64,000 bases of DNA from Epithemia pelagica (GCA_946965045.2 OX337241.1:3100001-3164000); one strand, 5' to 3'. Positions 34,292 through 46,195 are shown, counted from the stretch's first letter. The notes: generated by a model not told the origin, from the sequence alone. Numbers and translations: made by a program.

Positions 34292-35548
34292 TTCTTCATC
34301 CGAGGACTCTTCTTGGGCAGGGAGATCAGCCAAGGCATTTGCCAAACGGAGTGCCGGGGTGGTTCCTTCTTTTCCCGTATCCGGGTGCGCTGCGTCATAC
34401 GCTTTCTTCTTGTCTCCAGTCAAACCGCGTCCGTTGCAAGTGGCTGAGGTATGGTTCTTGTTGAGAGACCATTTCTCATGCCACTTGCACCAATAGTAGG
34501 TCTTGCCGTTCACTTCTTTCACTTCTGGACCTCCCTCAGGCGGACCAGTGGTCTGCCAAGCTTCTTTGAGTCCCTCTTTGTCCTTAGTCTGTTTAGCCTT
34601 GCCGGTCTTGTTGTTGCTACCAGTGCTACCTTCATTGCTTTGTGCAGAACGTCCCTTCGCCATGCGTTTCACCTGGGCCTCAAGGGCAATAATCTTCTGG
34701 TCGCGCTCCGATAGGGACTGCCATTTCTTGGCTTCCACTAGTGCCTGGTACTTAAGCCGTGCCCAATCCATGAGTTGCGTGGGAGTTAGGTTCGGCGAAT
34801 CTCCTTCTTCGTATGCGTTCTTGCGACGCCTGATCATTTCCAGAAAGTTCTCGTCGTTCACCGTTTCATATGCCTTGAATAGGTTCGGGAGGAGGTCGAG
34901 GGTCCGTTCCCCACGTGCACTTAGGCCCTGCAATGTTTCTTTCACGTACGAGTTGAACTTGATAATGTCTCCGTTGAAGTCTGCGATGTGGATGTGAAGG
35001 TCCGACAGACGCTGGCGTAGCACCATTACGGTCGCTTCGGTATCCACATAAGCCAAGGAAATGATGACCTTGAGGAGCAACGGCCCGACACCCTTGTTAT
35101 CCACTATGAATTCGTCGCGTCGGAGATTGACTTGTGCCCTCGCTTCTTCGTTTAACGATGCCATGAGACACATGTAGGACATGTAGGAGTTCTGCGTGAT
35201 GCGATTCTGTCCGAGGAAGCTGTCCACGTAGTCGCGCACTTGTCGAAGCGAAACTCGTCCGTAGGCTTGAGTAAGGAGATGAGTAGGAGCAGCTGGAGGA
35301 GCTGGTCCTGCTGCAGGAGGGACCACGATATGTTCCGGAATGGAGAATGTGCTAGTCCAAGATTGCTCGACGATGCGATCTTGAAACGAATCGAGGAAAA
35401 GCTTGAGTCCCTCCGCATGGAGATCGTAGAGATCTCCGCCCTCAAAAAGTCCTGTCGTCGCTTGCTTGTATAACTTCGAGCCTGCCGCGGTCGTAAAGTT
35501 GATTACGTTGTTCGCGTTGGCGTTGGCGGGAGAGATTGCAAAAGCCAT
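34289..35548 (-). CDS. gag: Copia Gag with a variant zinc knuckle
   Basis: 419-aa ORF starting 41 nt after the 5' LTR; C-terminal YYWCKWHEKWSLNKNHTSATC (C-x2-H-x8-H-x4-C). Confidence 0.9.
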   Translation of the reverse strand: MAFAISPANANANNVINFTTAAGSKLYKQATTGLFEGGDLYDLHAEGLKLFLDSFQDRIVEQSWTSTFSIPEHIVVPPAAGPAPPAAPTHLLTQAYGRVSLRQVRDYVDSFLGQNRITQNSYMSYMCLMASLNEEARAQVNLRRDEFIVDNKGVGPLLLKVIISLAYVDTEATVMVLRQRLSDLHIHIADFNGDIIKFNSYVKETLQGLSARGERTLDLLPNLFKAYETVNDENFLEMIRRRKNAYEEGDSPNLTPTQLMDWARLKYQALVEAKKWQSLSERDQKIIALEAQVKRMAKGRSAQSNEGSTGSNNKTGKAKQTKDKEGLKEAWQTTGPPEGGPEVKEVNGKTYYWCKWHEKWSLNKNHTSATCNGRGLTGDKKKAYDAAHPDTGKEGTTPALRLANALADLPAQEESSDEE

Positions 35549-35556
35549 GGTCGACG

Positions 35557-35589
35557 ATCAGAGATGCTGTTTACAGCGCAGAGGAAGCG
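35557..35589 (-). other. Non-canonical primer-binding site complementary to the 5' part/D-arm of initiator tRNA-Met
   Basis: The + strand reads ATCAGAG (35557-35563), 12 nt, then GCGCAGAGGAAGCG (35576-35589) abutting the LTR. The plant-type tRNAiMet 5' end is ATCAGAGTGGCGCAGCGGAAGCGTG. Confidence 0.7.
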
Positions 35590-36035
35590 TGTTGTTTTTC
35601 ACTACTGTCGAGTAACGAAAAAGAGCTCTTTTGCAAAATTGTGTGTTTCTAGATTATCGTGTGCAAGCTATGAATCGCTCCTGCTCATGCGTTGAGCGTT
35701 GACTCGTAGATTGGTGCGTTGATCGACCAAATTGGCGGTCCCAATTGTTTATGGACGACCTTGCTGAGATTCATGGCTCCCTAAGTGGCGTCCGCTTACT
35801 TAGGAGCCAGTACCGTTATTACTCTGGCCATGGGAGTCGTTGTTTAGAGCGGCATGAGTGTTACATAGCCGTCGTCCAAATCCCATGTTGAGATGCGTCG
35901 TTTGTCTTTGTTGATTTGTGATTTGTGCGAGGCGGCGGTTCAATGATGCGTTGGGCGTGTTGTGTCATGGGAATTCTGTCTCTGTCCCCATTGTCCCCCA
36001 CGTGTAGTTATGCCCTTGCGTACAGTATTTGAACA
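35590..36035 (-). repeat. 5' LTR
   Basis: Appears identical to 29769-30214. Confidence 0.97.
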
Positions 36036-36110
36036 GGTACTTGTTTGTTGTCAAAGGCTGGAAGGAACGATCCGACTTGTGTAATGACGCGACAAGAATC
36101 TGGTGCTTTG

Positions 36111-36543
36111 ATGGGATGAATGACAAACATGAGTATAACACTTTGGTCCTCCACTGTTGCACGTCTAGTGGAGGAGGACAATCTTTGTTACAAAAAGCAC
36201 AATAGTGGCCGTATGGTGCTGATTGCTGATTTTGTCGTTTCAATGGATCTTAAAGCGATCCAAAGAAGACGAATGCAGGCGTCTGCTGTGAGCTAATGTA
36301 ACACGGGAAGCGAGTCAGAATGGGATGAATGACATACATGAGTATAACACTTTGGTCCTCCACTGTTGCACGTCTAGTGGAGGAGGACAATCTTTGTTAC
36401 AAAAAGCACAATAGTGGCCGTATGGTGCTGATTGCTGATTTTGTCGTTTCAATGGATCTCAAAGCGATCCAAAGAAGACGAATGCAGGCGTCTGCTGTGA
36501 GCTAATGCAACACGGGAAGCGAGTCAGAATGGGATGAATGACA
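36111..36543 (+). repeat. 209-bp tandem duplication
   Basis: ATGGGATGAATGACA starts at 36111, 36320 and 36529, with near-identical intervening sequence. Confidence 0.92.
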
Positions 36544-36584
36544 TGTTCCTTCTGGTCCATCATGTCGTCAGATTCTTGTGTTTG

Positions 36585-36622
36585 GTACTTGTACTTGTAC
36601 TTGTACTTGTACTTGTACTTGT
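36585..36622 (+). repeat. (GTACTT)6 microsatellite
   Basis: Read directly from the sequence. Confidence 0.95.
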
Positions 36623-37091
36623 GGCCTTGCTTCCTTCACTATATACCTGATGAGTGATGCCCACTCACATCATTGGATCAAGAGAGGACCACTGTCTCAC
36701 TCTGTTTTGTTGTTATTGATGTGAACAGTCCGTAGGCCCAAGGCAAGAATGGTGTTCCATAAATGGTGTTGGTCGAGATGACTCAGAAACTAGGGATATC
36801 TACCCAGTGGATGTTGGATTGTCGATCTGTGGACCTCTTCGTCATAGGAGGACCTCTTCATCACAGATTGGGATGTCGATCTCTCTCCCTCTCGTCTCGT
36901 CCTATCTTAGAGCAAAAGATACTTTTCTTGGGGTCATGAAATCTATGTGCGATTGATTGCCCTTCATCATCGTACGCAGGACAGGCACAACTTTCCTGTC
37001 TCCACACATCACTCTCTCTCCTCTCCTCGCTGCGAAAGCTCAATTGCAAAGCTGTCATTTCTCGTCGACGTTGTTGTAAAGCGCCGTGACC

Positions 37092-38282
37092 ATGACAACG
37101 ACACTGAAAGAACAAGCATGGCAGTCGGGCCTAGTCCTTTTGAACGAGACACCTGAATGGAATATCGAGGACTGGCCTTCTCTTGAGGGTGAATGGCGCT
37201 GGCATCATGCTACGGTCATAATTGATCATCCCGATAACAACAAGGAACAAACGGTCGTCGTGTTGGGAGGTTACAGACAAGCCCCAGGTGCCACGGATTC
37301 CGTTTCTGTATTGAATCTATCGGACCCAGACAGGCAGTGGCGAGAAGGGCCACCCATGAACAAGAAACGTGGTGGACATGCCGCTGCTTTGTGCAATGGC
37401 GGCGTTTACGTAATGGGCGGATTCAATCGAGTAACTTTGGATTGTATTGAACGAATCGATGCCAATGATTTGCTACAATCATCCTTAACAACAACCACCA
37501 CGCATGAGAGTCATTGGACGACATTGACATGTCGATTATCGACGAGAAGAAATGGATGTTGTGCTGTTGCGGTGCATGATCGATACATTGTTGTAATGGG
37601 TGGCTGTTACAACCATCGCTGTTTTTCGTCGGTGGATATTATTGATACCAGCAATCACATTGTCACTGCTGGACCATCCATGACTGTTCCACGAGCATCC
37701 TGTGCCAGTGCGGTCATTGGCCACCGCATCTTTGTCGTTGGAGGCGAAAACGATCTTAACTCGGTGGAGTATTTGGAATTTTCAAAGCCTGGTGACAATG
37801 AAGAGACAAAGAAGCAGCCTGGCTTGACATTGAGTTCTTTCTTTTCCACCTGGATCACTCATTCTGATTTAGTGCTTTCCAATGCACGAAGTTGTTATGC
37901 AATGGTTGCCGTGGGATCTTGTCTAGTGGTGACTGGAGGATACGAATCATCCGTGGAGGTCTTGGATACGAACCGCAACTGCGTGTGGAATCTTCCACCA
38001 TTCGCATATCACCGCGATGGCTGCAGTATGGTGACTGTTGCCAATCAAGTTGCCGTGATTGGTGGTTTGTACCAAACTACCTGTGCGACATTACCACTAA
38101 TGGATAGGAATTCTTGGTGTTTTCGTCGACTTTGTGAACAGCAATCGAACGGATGGTATCATTCTCTTGAAGGTATGGGTATCCGAGATGCTGATATCTC
38201 ACCCTTTTTCACCTCGGCATCAGCTCGTAAACGAGCAAGGCAGAATACGCGCCAAAATAAGAAAGGGTCTGATGAAACATAG
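37092..38282 (+). CDS. Kelch-repeat protein K9
   Basis: Intact six-blade ORF; tail RKRAR. Confidence 0.9.
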   Translation: MTTTLKEQAWQSGLVLLNETPEWNIEDWPSLEGEWRWHHATVIIDHPDNNKEQTVVVLGGYRQAPGATDSVSVLNLSDPDRQWREGPPMNKKRGGHAAALCNGGVYVMGGFNRVTLDCIERIDANDLLQSSLTTTTTHESHWTTLTCRLSTRRNGCCAVAVHDRYIVVMGGCYNHRCFSSVDIIDTSNHIVTAGPSMTVPRASCASAVIGHRIFVVGGENDLNSVEYLEFSKPGDNEETKKQPGLTLSSFFSTWITHSDLVLSNARSCYAMVAVGSCLVVTGGYESSVEVLDTNRNCVWNLPPFAYHRDGCSMVTVANQVAVIGGLYQTTCATLPLMDRNSWCFRRLCEQQSNGWYHSLEGMGIRDADISPFFTSASARKRARQNTRQNKKGSDET

Positions 38283-38535
38283 CGGATTTTGTTCTCAAGT
38301 GGTTGACTCGTTTTCTACATTCAATTGTAATCCTAGGACCTAGTAAGTGTTTACTCAAAAGTAGAAAGAACACGTTGCAAGATAGGAGGTACTTCCTTGT
38401 TGTCAAAGGCTGGAAGGAACGATCCGGCTTGTGTAAGGACGCGACAAGAATCTGGTGCTTTGTCGTGGCATCGTGGCACTTTACACGACACAAAGTCGTC
38501 GTTCATGGATTCATCTCGATTCGGACAAAGATACC

Positions 38536-39348
38536 GTAATGGGAGGATACAACGATGAAATAATTGTGATGGGAGGATTCAATCAAGGTCCATTGGATTC
38601 TATCGAAAGAATTGATTCCAATGATTTGCTGCAATCATCTTTGACAACCAGCACCACACATGAACGTCATTGGACGACATTGACATGTCGATTATCAACG
38701 GGCCGAGATGGATGTTGTGCTGTTGCGGTGCATGATCGATACATTGTTGTAATGGGTGGCTACAGCGATCATGATTTGTCGTCAGTGGATATTATAGATA
38801 CAAACAACCACACTGTCACTGCGGGACCAAGCATGACTGTTCCACGAAAATGGTGTGCCAGTGCGGTTATTGGTCACCGCATCTTTGTCGTTGGAGGCCA
38901 AAACGGGTACGGCAATCTTGACTCGGTGGAGTATTTGGACGACACAACACCCTGTGACAGTGATGAGACAGAAAAGGAAACTGACTCGACGTTGATTTCT
39001 TTCTCACCCACCTGGACCACTCATTCTGATCTGGTCCTTTCCAATGCACGAACTTCTTGTGCAATGGTTGCCGTGGGATCTTGTCTGGTTGTTGCAGGAG
39101 GATGGGGCAATTCAACCGTGGAAGTCTTGGATACGCACTTCAACCGCGTGTGGAATCTTCCACCATTCGGAAATCACCGTGATGGCTGCAATATGGTGAC
39201 TGCCAATCAAGTTGCCGTGATTGGTGGTGTGTACAATTTTACCTGTGCGACATTACCACTAATGGATAGGAATTCGTGGTGCTTTCGTCGACTCTGTGAC
39301 CAGCATCCAAACGGATGGTATCAGTCTCTGGATGGACTGAGCATCTAA
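38536..39348 (+). pseudogene. Kelch copy K10, 5'-deleted (lacks the N-terminus, blade 1 and part of blade 2) with an early tail stop
   Basis: Kelch homology begins at VMGGY (38536), directly after K9 3'-flank sequence; in-frame ATG at 38539; TAA at 39346 where paralogs have CGA. Confidence 0.8.
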
Positions 39349-41859
39349 CATGCTGATTTTTCTCCCTTTCCTACATCGACATCAGCTCGTAAACGCGCAA
39401 GGTCCAATGGAGTTTATTTCTCTAGTGGTTGACTTGTTTTCAACGTTCGATTGCAATCCTAGGACCTAGTATTATAAGTGTTTACTCAAGAGTAGAAACA
39501 AAATGTTGCAAGATAGAACATGCTTGTATTTTGTGAAAGGCGGGGAAAGAACGACCCGATTTGTGTACCTCTACAAGTGGTACTACGCTTCGGCCATTAC
39601 CCATTTATATCTGTCAGTTGTGGGACAGTGCCACAACCGTGACTGTGCAGTCGTGAGACCACACTCTAAATAACACAGAATGGATTGCTAGCTGTGGCAC
39701 GGAGGCCACCAACCAATGAGAGAGCAGGAACAAAAGCACGCCAAGGCAAAACCTTGTTGGACCTGACGTTGTCGAGTTTGTATGGAAGTAAGGAGGGAGG
39801 ACCATGTCATATCCAATTCCGACATGATGGCCAAGAACAGGTTGTCCCTTTCGGAGGAGTCTCCGCGCTCCAATCACAATGCCTTCTTCTACCTGATGTT
39901 GCATGTGAATCACAATACGTTGCTGCACTTGACATGTACCATAGTAATGTGTCATTTGCCCGATATGAAAGGTCGCCACACTTGGATCATCCGCAAACGT
40001 TCTACGGGTTCTTCTCGTCGCCTGACTCGCCACGCTTCGAGAATCCTAGTACCGAGATGCCTGGCTTGCATCACTTTTTTGCGGGTCATTGGTACTTCCC
40101 GTACGGTCGTGTATCCAGAACGTGTCGGTCAATATCCATGGCTTGCCAGGGTTCCATCAAATCTTCCATCGCATAGACCCAATCCATTGCATTGACCAAT
40201 GCCATGGTGGTAGATCCCACACCACCAGGCGCTTGATGAGCCAATTCACAAGCAATGGACCGCAAGGTTTCACCGGGTAGGGTACTGGTTCAAATCAAGG
40301 CGACTAACAAACAATACTGCATTGCGGCGAATTGCGGCGAGGGGAGACGAACCGGGGATGCATCGTGTCGGACTTGGAGGGTAAAGGACAATGCCCAGAC
40401 ACTGTTTTCAATTGCCTCTTCGGCCTCGACCCAATCCTTCTGAGACAAGGCTTGACAGCGGCTGACCGAGGTGTTGTTGCTCCTCCTTTTTTCCTTCTCC
40501 TCGTTGCCAGTCTTTTGTGAATGTCCGCATGGGAGATGCCGGATGGAGTGGTACTTTCAATTGCCTCTTCAGCCTCGACCAAACGTGACAAAGGCCACAA
40601 GGAATCAATCGGGTCTTGGACCGGACTACCAAATCCAGCAAATGACTTTGCAGTTGTCGCCCACCACGTTCCACTTGTTCTTGTCGTGTGAGCTCCAGGT
40701 TGGTGGGTGGTGCCAACAGTCTTGTCAGTGGTGATCTCCAAGCACCAGCAGAGGCCGAAGAAGAAGAAGAAGCATGGGCCCAATCCATGGAACTCGAGGT
40801 ACAATTGTACCACAAGGGAGAATAAATTGGCATATGATTCGAACAAAGACGGAATGAAGCCGTCATTGAGAACAGAGGAAAAGGAAGTATTTTCTGGACT
40901 GCGGCAACCTACAGCACTTCAATTGAACTTATTGCTGTTGGTGCCCTTGTCGTCTGTTTTTGGTTCTAAACTGGATGGCAGTACCTTTTCTTCATCTTGA
41001 AAGAGTCTTCCTTGGAGTCTTCCTCCACGGGAGACATGATAGAAAGTAAGAGCAGAAAAGGCTGAGGGTCAATCTCCGAAACAAAAGACGGTGACGGTGA
41101 CGGTGGCAGACACATTGTGGATTGTGGGGTGCTGATGGTATCTTTTTGTCGTTTCAATGGATCTTCCCCCAAACTGTGATGTGGAGTCGTCCCCTCCCCC
41201 AAAGTCTGTGGAGTCCCATCCAAATCTTGGTCGCGGAATGAGGACAGGAATCGCAGGCGCGCCGACCGAGACGAGCATTGCCACTCTTTCCTATTCGAAT
41301 AGACACAGGACGATGGATCTCGTCGCCAAAAGACGACCACACCAATAGAATCGAACATACTGCTACACTCGAAGGGAAACCATGGAATTGTTCGTTACGA
41401 GCAACTTTTGAGACTCTGGCAGTGACGAGGCATCTACTTGTCTTCTTCCTTTTCTTGGTGAAAGACTACGAAAGTATATTCAAGAGCATCAAAGAGATTG
41501 TCGCAAGGATTGGCTGGACGGAAAAAACGACCAACGAAAGGAAGCGCTTCGAATGCTGCTGTCACTTACCAATGATGAGTGTCGCTGCGGCTGCTTGGAG
41601 TACAAGAACAACAACAACAACAACGTCCATTCCACAACAGGGGCTCGACGATTCATGAAACAAGACGGTGGATCCATCACGCGGGTTCCAGGGTCCTACT
41701 TGCGACAACAGTGACAGCCACAACAATCACCACATTATTGTTTGTGTTGGTCCAACACCTTCTCGCTCACCGTCGTCAATCGACGAATTTTTTGAGGCAA
41801 GAAGGAAAAGAAAGAATTTTATGATGCTTCGGCCCTTCGACGAACCGCCGCAGCGCCGG

Positions 41860-42373
41860 AAACGAAAGAGTTCTATGCCGGATGGGGTCGATTTGCCGAC
41901 CGATGGACCTTTTCCGACGACTCGGCGGCCCGTCTGACCGGACAATTGCATCGTCACATCAATCAAGTCTTGTTTGACGACGACGAATTAGAGATGGAAT
42001 CTGTGGCGGACAAGGATGGGGTCGAGTTGCAGGAATATGCCATATGCCACCAAGATGGAGCGGAAGACACCCTTTGAGACCCTGTACCTTCAATCTAAGA
42101 ATCCCATGCAACGTCGATGCGGCCCTTACAGCGGGTCGACCACTCCCCCACGACACGAACAATAACAAGAATGACAACAACCAACGATGGTTGGTGGACC
42201 TGCACTGGGAAGTGTCCTTGGCCTGGTACGAGTTCGCGTGGGAACCTCGGGTCCTCTTGATCGGATCGTCCCACTTGCAACTGAAACAAGATATGCAGCC
42301 AAAGAATTATCATCTCAAATGGCAGTACGCGCCACCTATGGAGGCTACTTTCCAAACCATGCACGGTCGGTGA
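41860..42373 (+). pseudogene. Second, frameshifted fragment of the SOUL/DUF2358-like gene
   Basis: WGRFADRWTFSDD...HINQVLF...LHWEVSLAWYEFAWEPRVLLIGSSHLQL is homologous to 6570-7010. A 7-nt ATATGCC duplication (42035-42048) and a deletion break the frame. Confidence 0.75.
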
Positions 42374-43890
42374 AAAGGGGGAAGGCCTTGTATTTGGTCG
42401 TCCAAGATTGTTGTCGAGAAACTCCTCGTCATGAACTGTATCCATTTCAAAAAACACATGGCAGTTATTCCTTGGGGAACCTCCAACCACACTCCCACTG
42501 GCGCAAGAATATTCATGTCCCCATCCATGGCCAGTGCATTGTCGTCATTGTTTGCCACCAACAAGGTGCTGACACTGTCATCGACGGACCCATAACATGT
42601 ATTGCCCAACTATACAGCAATTTTGATGCTTGTCCGTCTCAACCTGCTGATGCTTTTCGTACAAAACGCGTAACAAGGATGCCAAGGTCAGCAGTTTACA
42701 AGCACCGTACCAAGCCATGTTAGAGCAAATGACCTTGGTCCTTTGTATTGCTGGGGTTCTTCGCGAGAGGCACCACAAGACACAGCACTAAGCATGACGA
42801 AAATTACAGGGCGAAGAAACTGACCTAACGACAACGACAGGCACCCGTCATGCCTATCGACCAGCAGCAGCAGAACTAGCAGGATAAACAAGAGAAATGT
42901 CAACCACAACAGCTGGGTCGAATCACCATGGCCGACGAACTACGACCGACGTGTAGTACTGTCCAATCATTCAAACAAGTTCCTTCCCAGACGACTCGAA
43001 TCACAACCAATGTCTCCATCCACGGCCTGTACACAGTGTTGTTGCTTCTCTGTCGACTTGGTATTCGTTGATGGGAACCAACAACCAGACAGACTGGAGC
43101 CTTCATTGCATGGTTGAATATTCCAACAACAACAAAAAACATCACCTTCATCATTGTAACGGGCATTCTCCGCTTACGCTTCAAGGCCGGCAGCAACTGG
43201 ATTTTCCTTTTTTTGTCATCTTTCTTCTTGTTCTTGGAAAAGAATACTACACCAAGGACTCTACTTGTCTCGACCAGAAATGTTCCACTTGGTCCTCAAA
43301 GCAACATGGTGGCTACCCCTTCTTGTTGGCACCCACCAACAAATTGTTGTTCTAGAGAGGATTGGAAACAAACCTTGGTTGCAGGCACTACCCATCCAGC
43401 CATTGGTGTTCTGCAAATCGAGAGGATGACGGAGGAGCACGCACATGCCCTATTGTGTGATATGCTAGTTCCCAAGGGCGTTTGGCAGGGCTGGGACAAT
43501 GGCGGAAAAGAGAGACGTTTTGCTGGGGCTCTTTGCGAAAGGCACCACGAAACACTGTGTACTACTAGGACTACGCATCCCGAAAATTACATGGCGACGA
43601 AACTGACCTCACGACGGACAGGTACCCGTGTCATGCTGTGGACTCCGACCATTGACTAGCAGTACTAGCAGGACGGAACAACAAGAGCACAGTGTCAACA
43701 AGAACAGGTCGGTCGAAGCAACTGTCACGATTTGTCTCGAGACAAAATCTCCTACCCCTCTTTGTTTCATCCATTTCGTGCCGTCAGTCGTGCTTCCAGT
43801 CCGCACCCGTCAGCATCACAACACAGACCAAACCTACGCAAGACAGTGTCTCGATCCCCATAAATTCTGCAGTCGAAAACGTTTCGAACC

Positions 43891-45126
43891 ATGAGCATGA
43901 CACTGAAAGAACAAGCATGGCAGTCGGGCCTAGTCCTTTTGAACGAAACACCTGAATGGAATGAACACGACTGGCCTCCTCTTATGGGTGGATGGCGTCG
44001 CGATCATACTACGGTCGTACTCGATCATCCCGCTAAGAACGATAACAACAACCACAGGGGACAAGCGGTCGTCGTGTTGGGAGGATTTAAACAAGGCCAA
44101 GGTGTCATCAATTCCATTCTTGTTTTGAACTTGGCAGAATCAAATATGCAGTGGCGAGAAGGGTCACCCATGAACAAGAGTCGTCGAACACATGCCGCTG
44201 TTGTGTGCAACGGAGCCGTCTACGTAATGGGAGGATACAATGGCGTAATGGGAAAATACAATGGAGGAACTTTGGATTGTATCGAACGAATCGATGCCAA
44301 TGACTTGCTGCAATTATCCTTACGAAACAGCACCACACATGAGAGCCTTTGGACTACATTGAATTGTCGACTATCAACCGAACGAAGAGGGTGTAGTGCT
44401 GTTGCGGTGCACAACCAATATATTGTTGTAATGGGTGGCTGCGACGATGGTTATTTGCCGTCAGTGGATATTATTGATAGCGGCAATCACACTCTCATTT
44501 TCGCACCATCCATGACTGTTCCTCGGTCATTTTGTGCCAGTGTGGTCGTTGGTCACCGAATCTTTGTTGTTGGAGGCTGTAATGAGCATGGCAATCTTGA
44601 CTCGGTTGAGTATTTGGACTTCACAAGGCCATGTGATAATAGGGAGACAGAGAAGGACACTACTGCTTCAGTGATATCTTTCTCGTCCACCTGGATCACT
44701 CATTCTCATTTGGTCCTTTCCAATGCACGAAGTTCTTGTGCAATGGTTGCCGTGGGATCTTGTCTGGTGGTGGCGGGAGGACGAGGCAATCCAACCGTGG
44801 AAGTATTGGATATGCACCGCAACCATGTGTGGAACCTCCTACCATTCACTAATTACGGTAATGGCTGTAGTATGGTGACTGTTGCCAATCAAGTTGCCGT
44901 GATTGGTGGATGGGGCGATCCTTCCTGTGCGACATTACCACTAATGGATAGGAAGTCGTGGTGTTTTCAGCGACTCTGTGAGCAGCCTCGGAACGAATGG
45001 GACCAGTTCCGGGAAGGAATGGGTATCCGAGATGCTGATGTTTCACGCTTTTCCACCTCGACATCAGCTCGTAAACGAGCTACGCCCAGTACGCAGCGTG
45101 GTGATTCAGGAAAGGATGAAAGTTGA
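43891..45126 (+). CDS. Kelch-repeat protein K11
   Basis: Intact ORF; 21-nt internal duplication in the blade-2 GG loop (VMGGYNG VMGKYNG); tail RKRAT. Confidence 0.9.
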   Translation: MSMTLKEQAWQSGLVLLNETPEWNEHDWPPLMGGWRRDHTTVVLDHPAKNDNNNHRGQAVVVLGGFKQGQGVINSILVLNLAESNMQWREGSPMNKSRRTHAAVVCNGAVYVMGGYNGVMGKYNGGTLDCIERIDANDLLQLSLRNSTTHESLWTTLNCRLSTERRGCSAVAVHNQYIVVMGGCDDGYLPSVDIIDSGNHTLIFAPSMTVPRSFCASVVVGHRIFVVGGCNEHGNLDSVEYLDFTRPCDNRETEKDTTASVISFSSTWITHSHLVLSNARSSCAMVAVGSCLVVAGGRGNPTVEVLDMHRNHVWNLLPFTNYGNGCSMVTVANQVAVIGGWGDPSCATLPLMDRKSWCFQRLCEQPRNEWDQFREGMGIRDADVSRFSTSTSARKRATPSTQRGDSGKDES

Positions 45127-46195
45127 ATTTTGCGACGTATAAATATTGCATCCATGTCCTGCAGTTGCAAAACTATAGCATAATCATTTGGTTCTCAAGC
45201 ACTTTTCTTGTTTTTTTTTAATGGCATTGCTAACTATTGAGATGTCATGTCTTCGTTGTACTGGTAGAAAATGTGAGTTATAGCGTCCGACATGACCCTG
45301 CCGTTCTCCGCATAGACGAGTGGAGTCATGCTCTTGAGTGCCTGTCCATGGTACCATGCCTCTCTGCTGTTGAATGGGTTGAGTTATCTGGCTGACCAAG
45401 ATGATGGTTGTGCGCCTGAAGCACTCTAGTCGGAACCATCAATACCAAACAACGTCAACACATACAAACATGCCGGACACACGCGCGCTTCTCCTCGGCG
45501 GTTGTACACAGCGACTCGTTTGGACGGTCGTCTTAGTTCCGACCATGCGACAGTTTGTCGGTCGGGTCCTTCTATGACGCGTGCTCGTGTCTTCGGGTGG
45601 CAGTCGTTATTAGGAAATTTGTGAATTCTTTGGAATTTTTGCACAGCCACAAATTTTTCAGGAGTCCGATAACTTTATGGGTCGATTCAGCAATCAGTCT
45701 CTCCCCAGTGATGTGGCTCTTGGTGAGGCTATGGTCATCGGTCCATGGGAATCAACAAGAACATTGCGGTGCGCAACGTCCCAGTTTCCCATGGCATTGT
45801 CACGGGGGAAGGCGAAAACGACCATGGTAGTGCTGCGACATCCCCAACCACCACCTCGTATCGAAGTATGGCTTGCTCCATACTTTCAACCAGACGGCTT
45901 TTCCATTCCAACGTCTGGATTCTAAATTACTGGTCGAAACTTGTTATTCTTCGTTGTTGGATTCTGGTGGGTGTTGTCTGTCCATTTTCCACGGCAAAAC
46001 ACGTCTACCATCATGGACTGGTCATTACCACTGCACTGTGGTTTGTTTGTTGTTGTTTTGCGACAGTATTGCTCGTCGATACTGCTTTGTGAATCCAAAA
46101 TTCTGTTCTCGTGGCCGCAGATCCCCATCCATGACAATGACACGGCATGGTTGTGGAGTACAACACCCCAAAGTTGGACGGACAAGACTTATTTC

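Larger units (their letters stand above)
29769..36035 (-). mobile_element. Full-length Ty1/copia LTR retrotransposon (diatom CoDi-like), intact and recent
   Basis: 446-bp LTRs with TG...CA ends; 5-bp TSD GGTAC (29764-29768, 36036-36040); gag followed by pol in PR-IN-RT-RH order. The empty paralogous site is at ~38385. Confidence 0.97.

Noticed and set aside
30429-35473. Numerous short ORFs antisense to or overlapping gag/pol, the Kelch genes and LRR-TIR
   Set aside because: These are shadow frames of real coding sequence, recur only because the genes are duplicated, and show no recognisable motifs.
35576-36035. Tf1-type self-priming of the copia element
   Set aside because: No 10-11-nt perfect complement of the PBS was found in the LTR, and the tRNAiMet match is much better.
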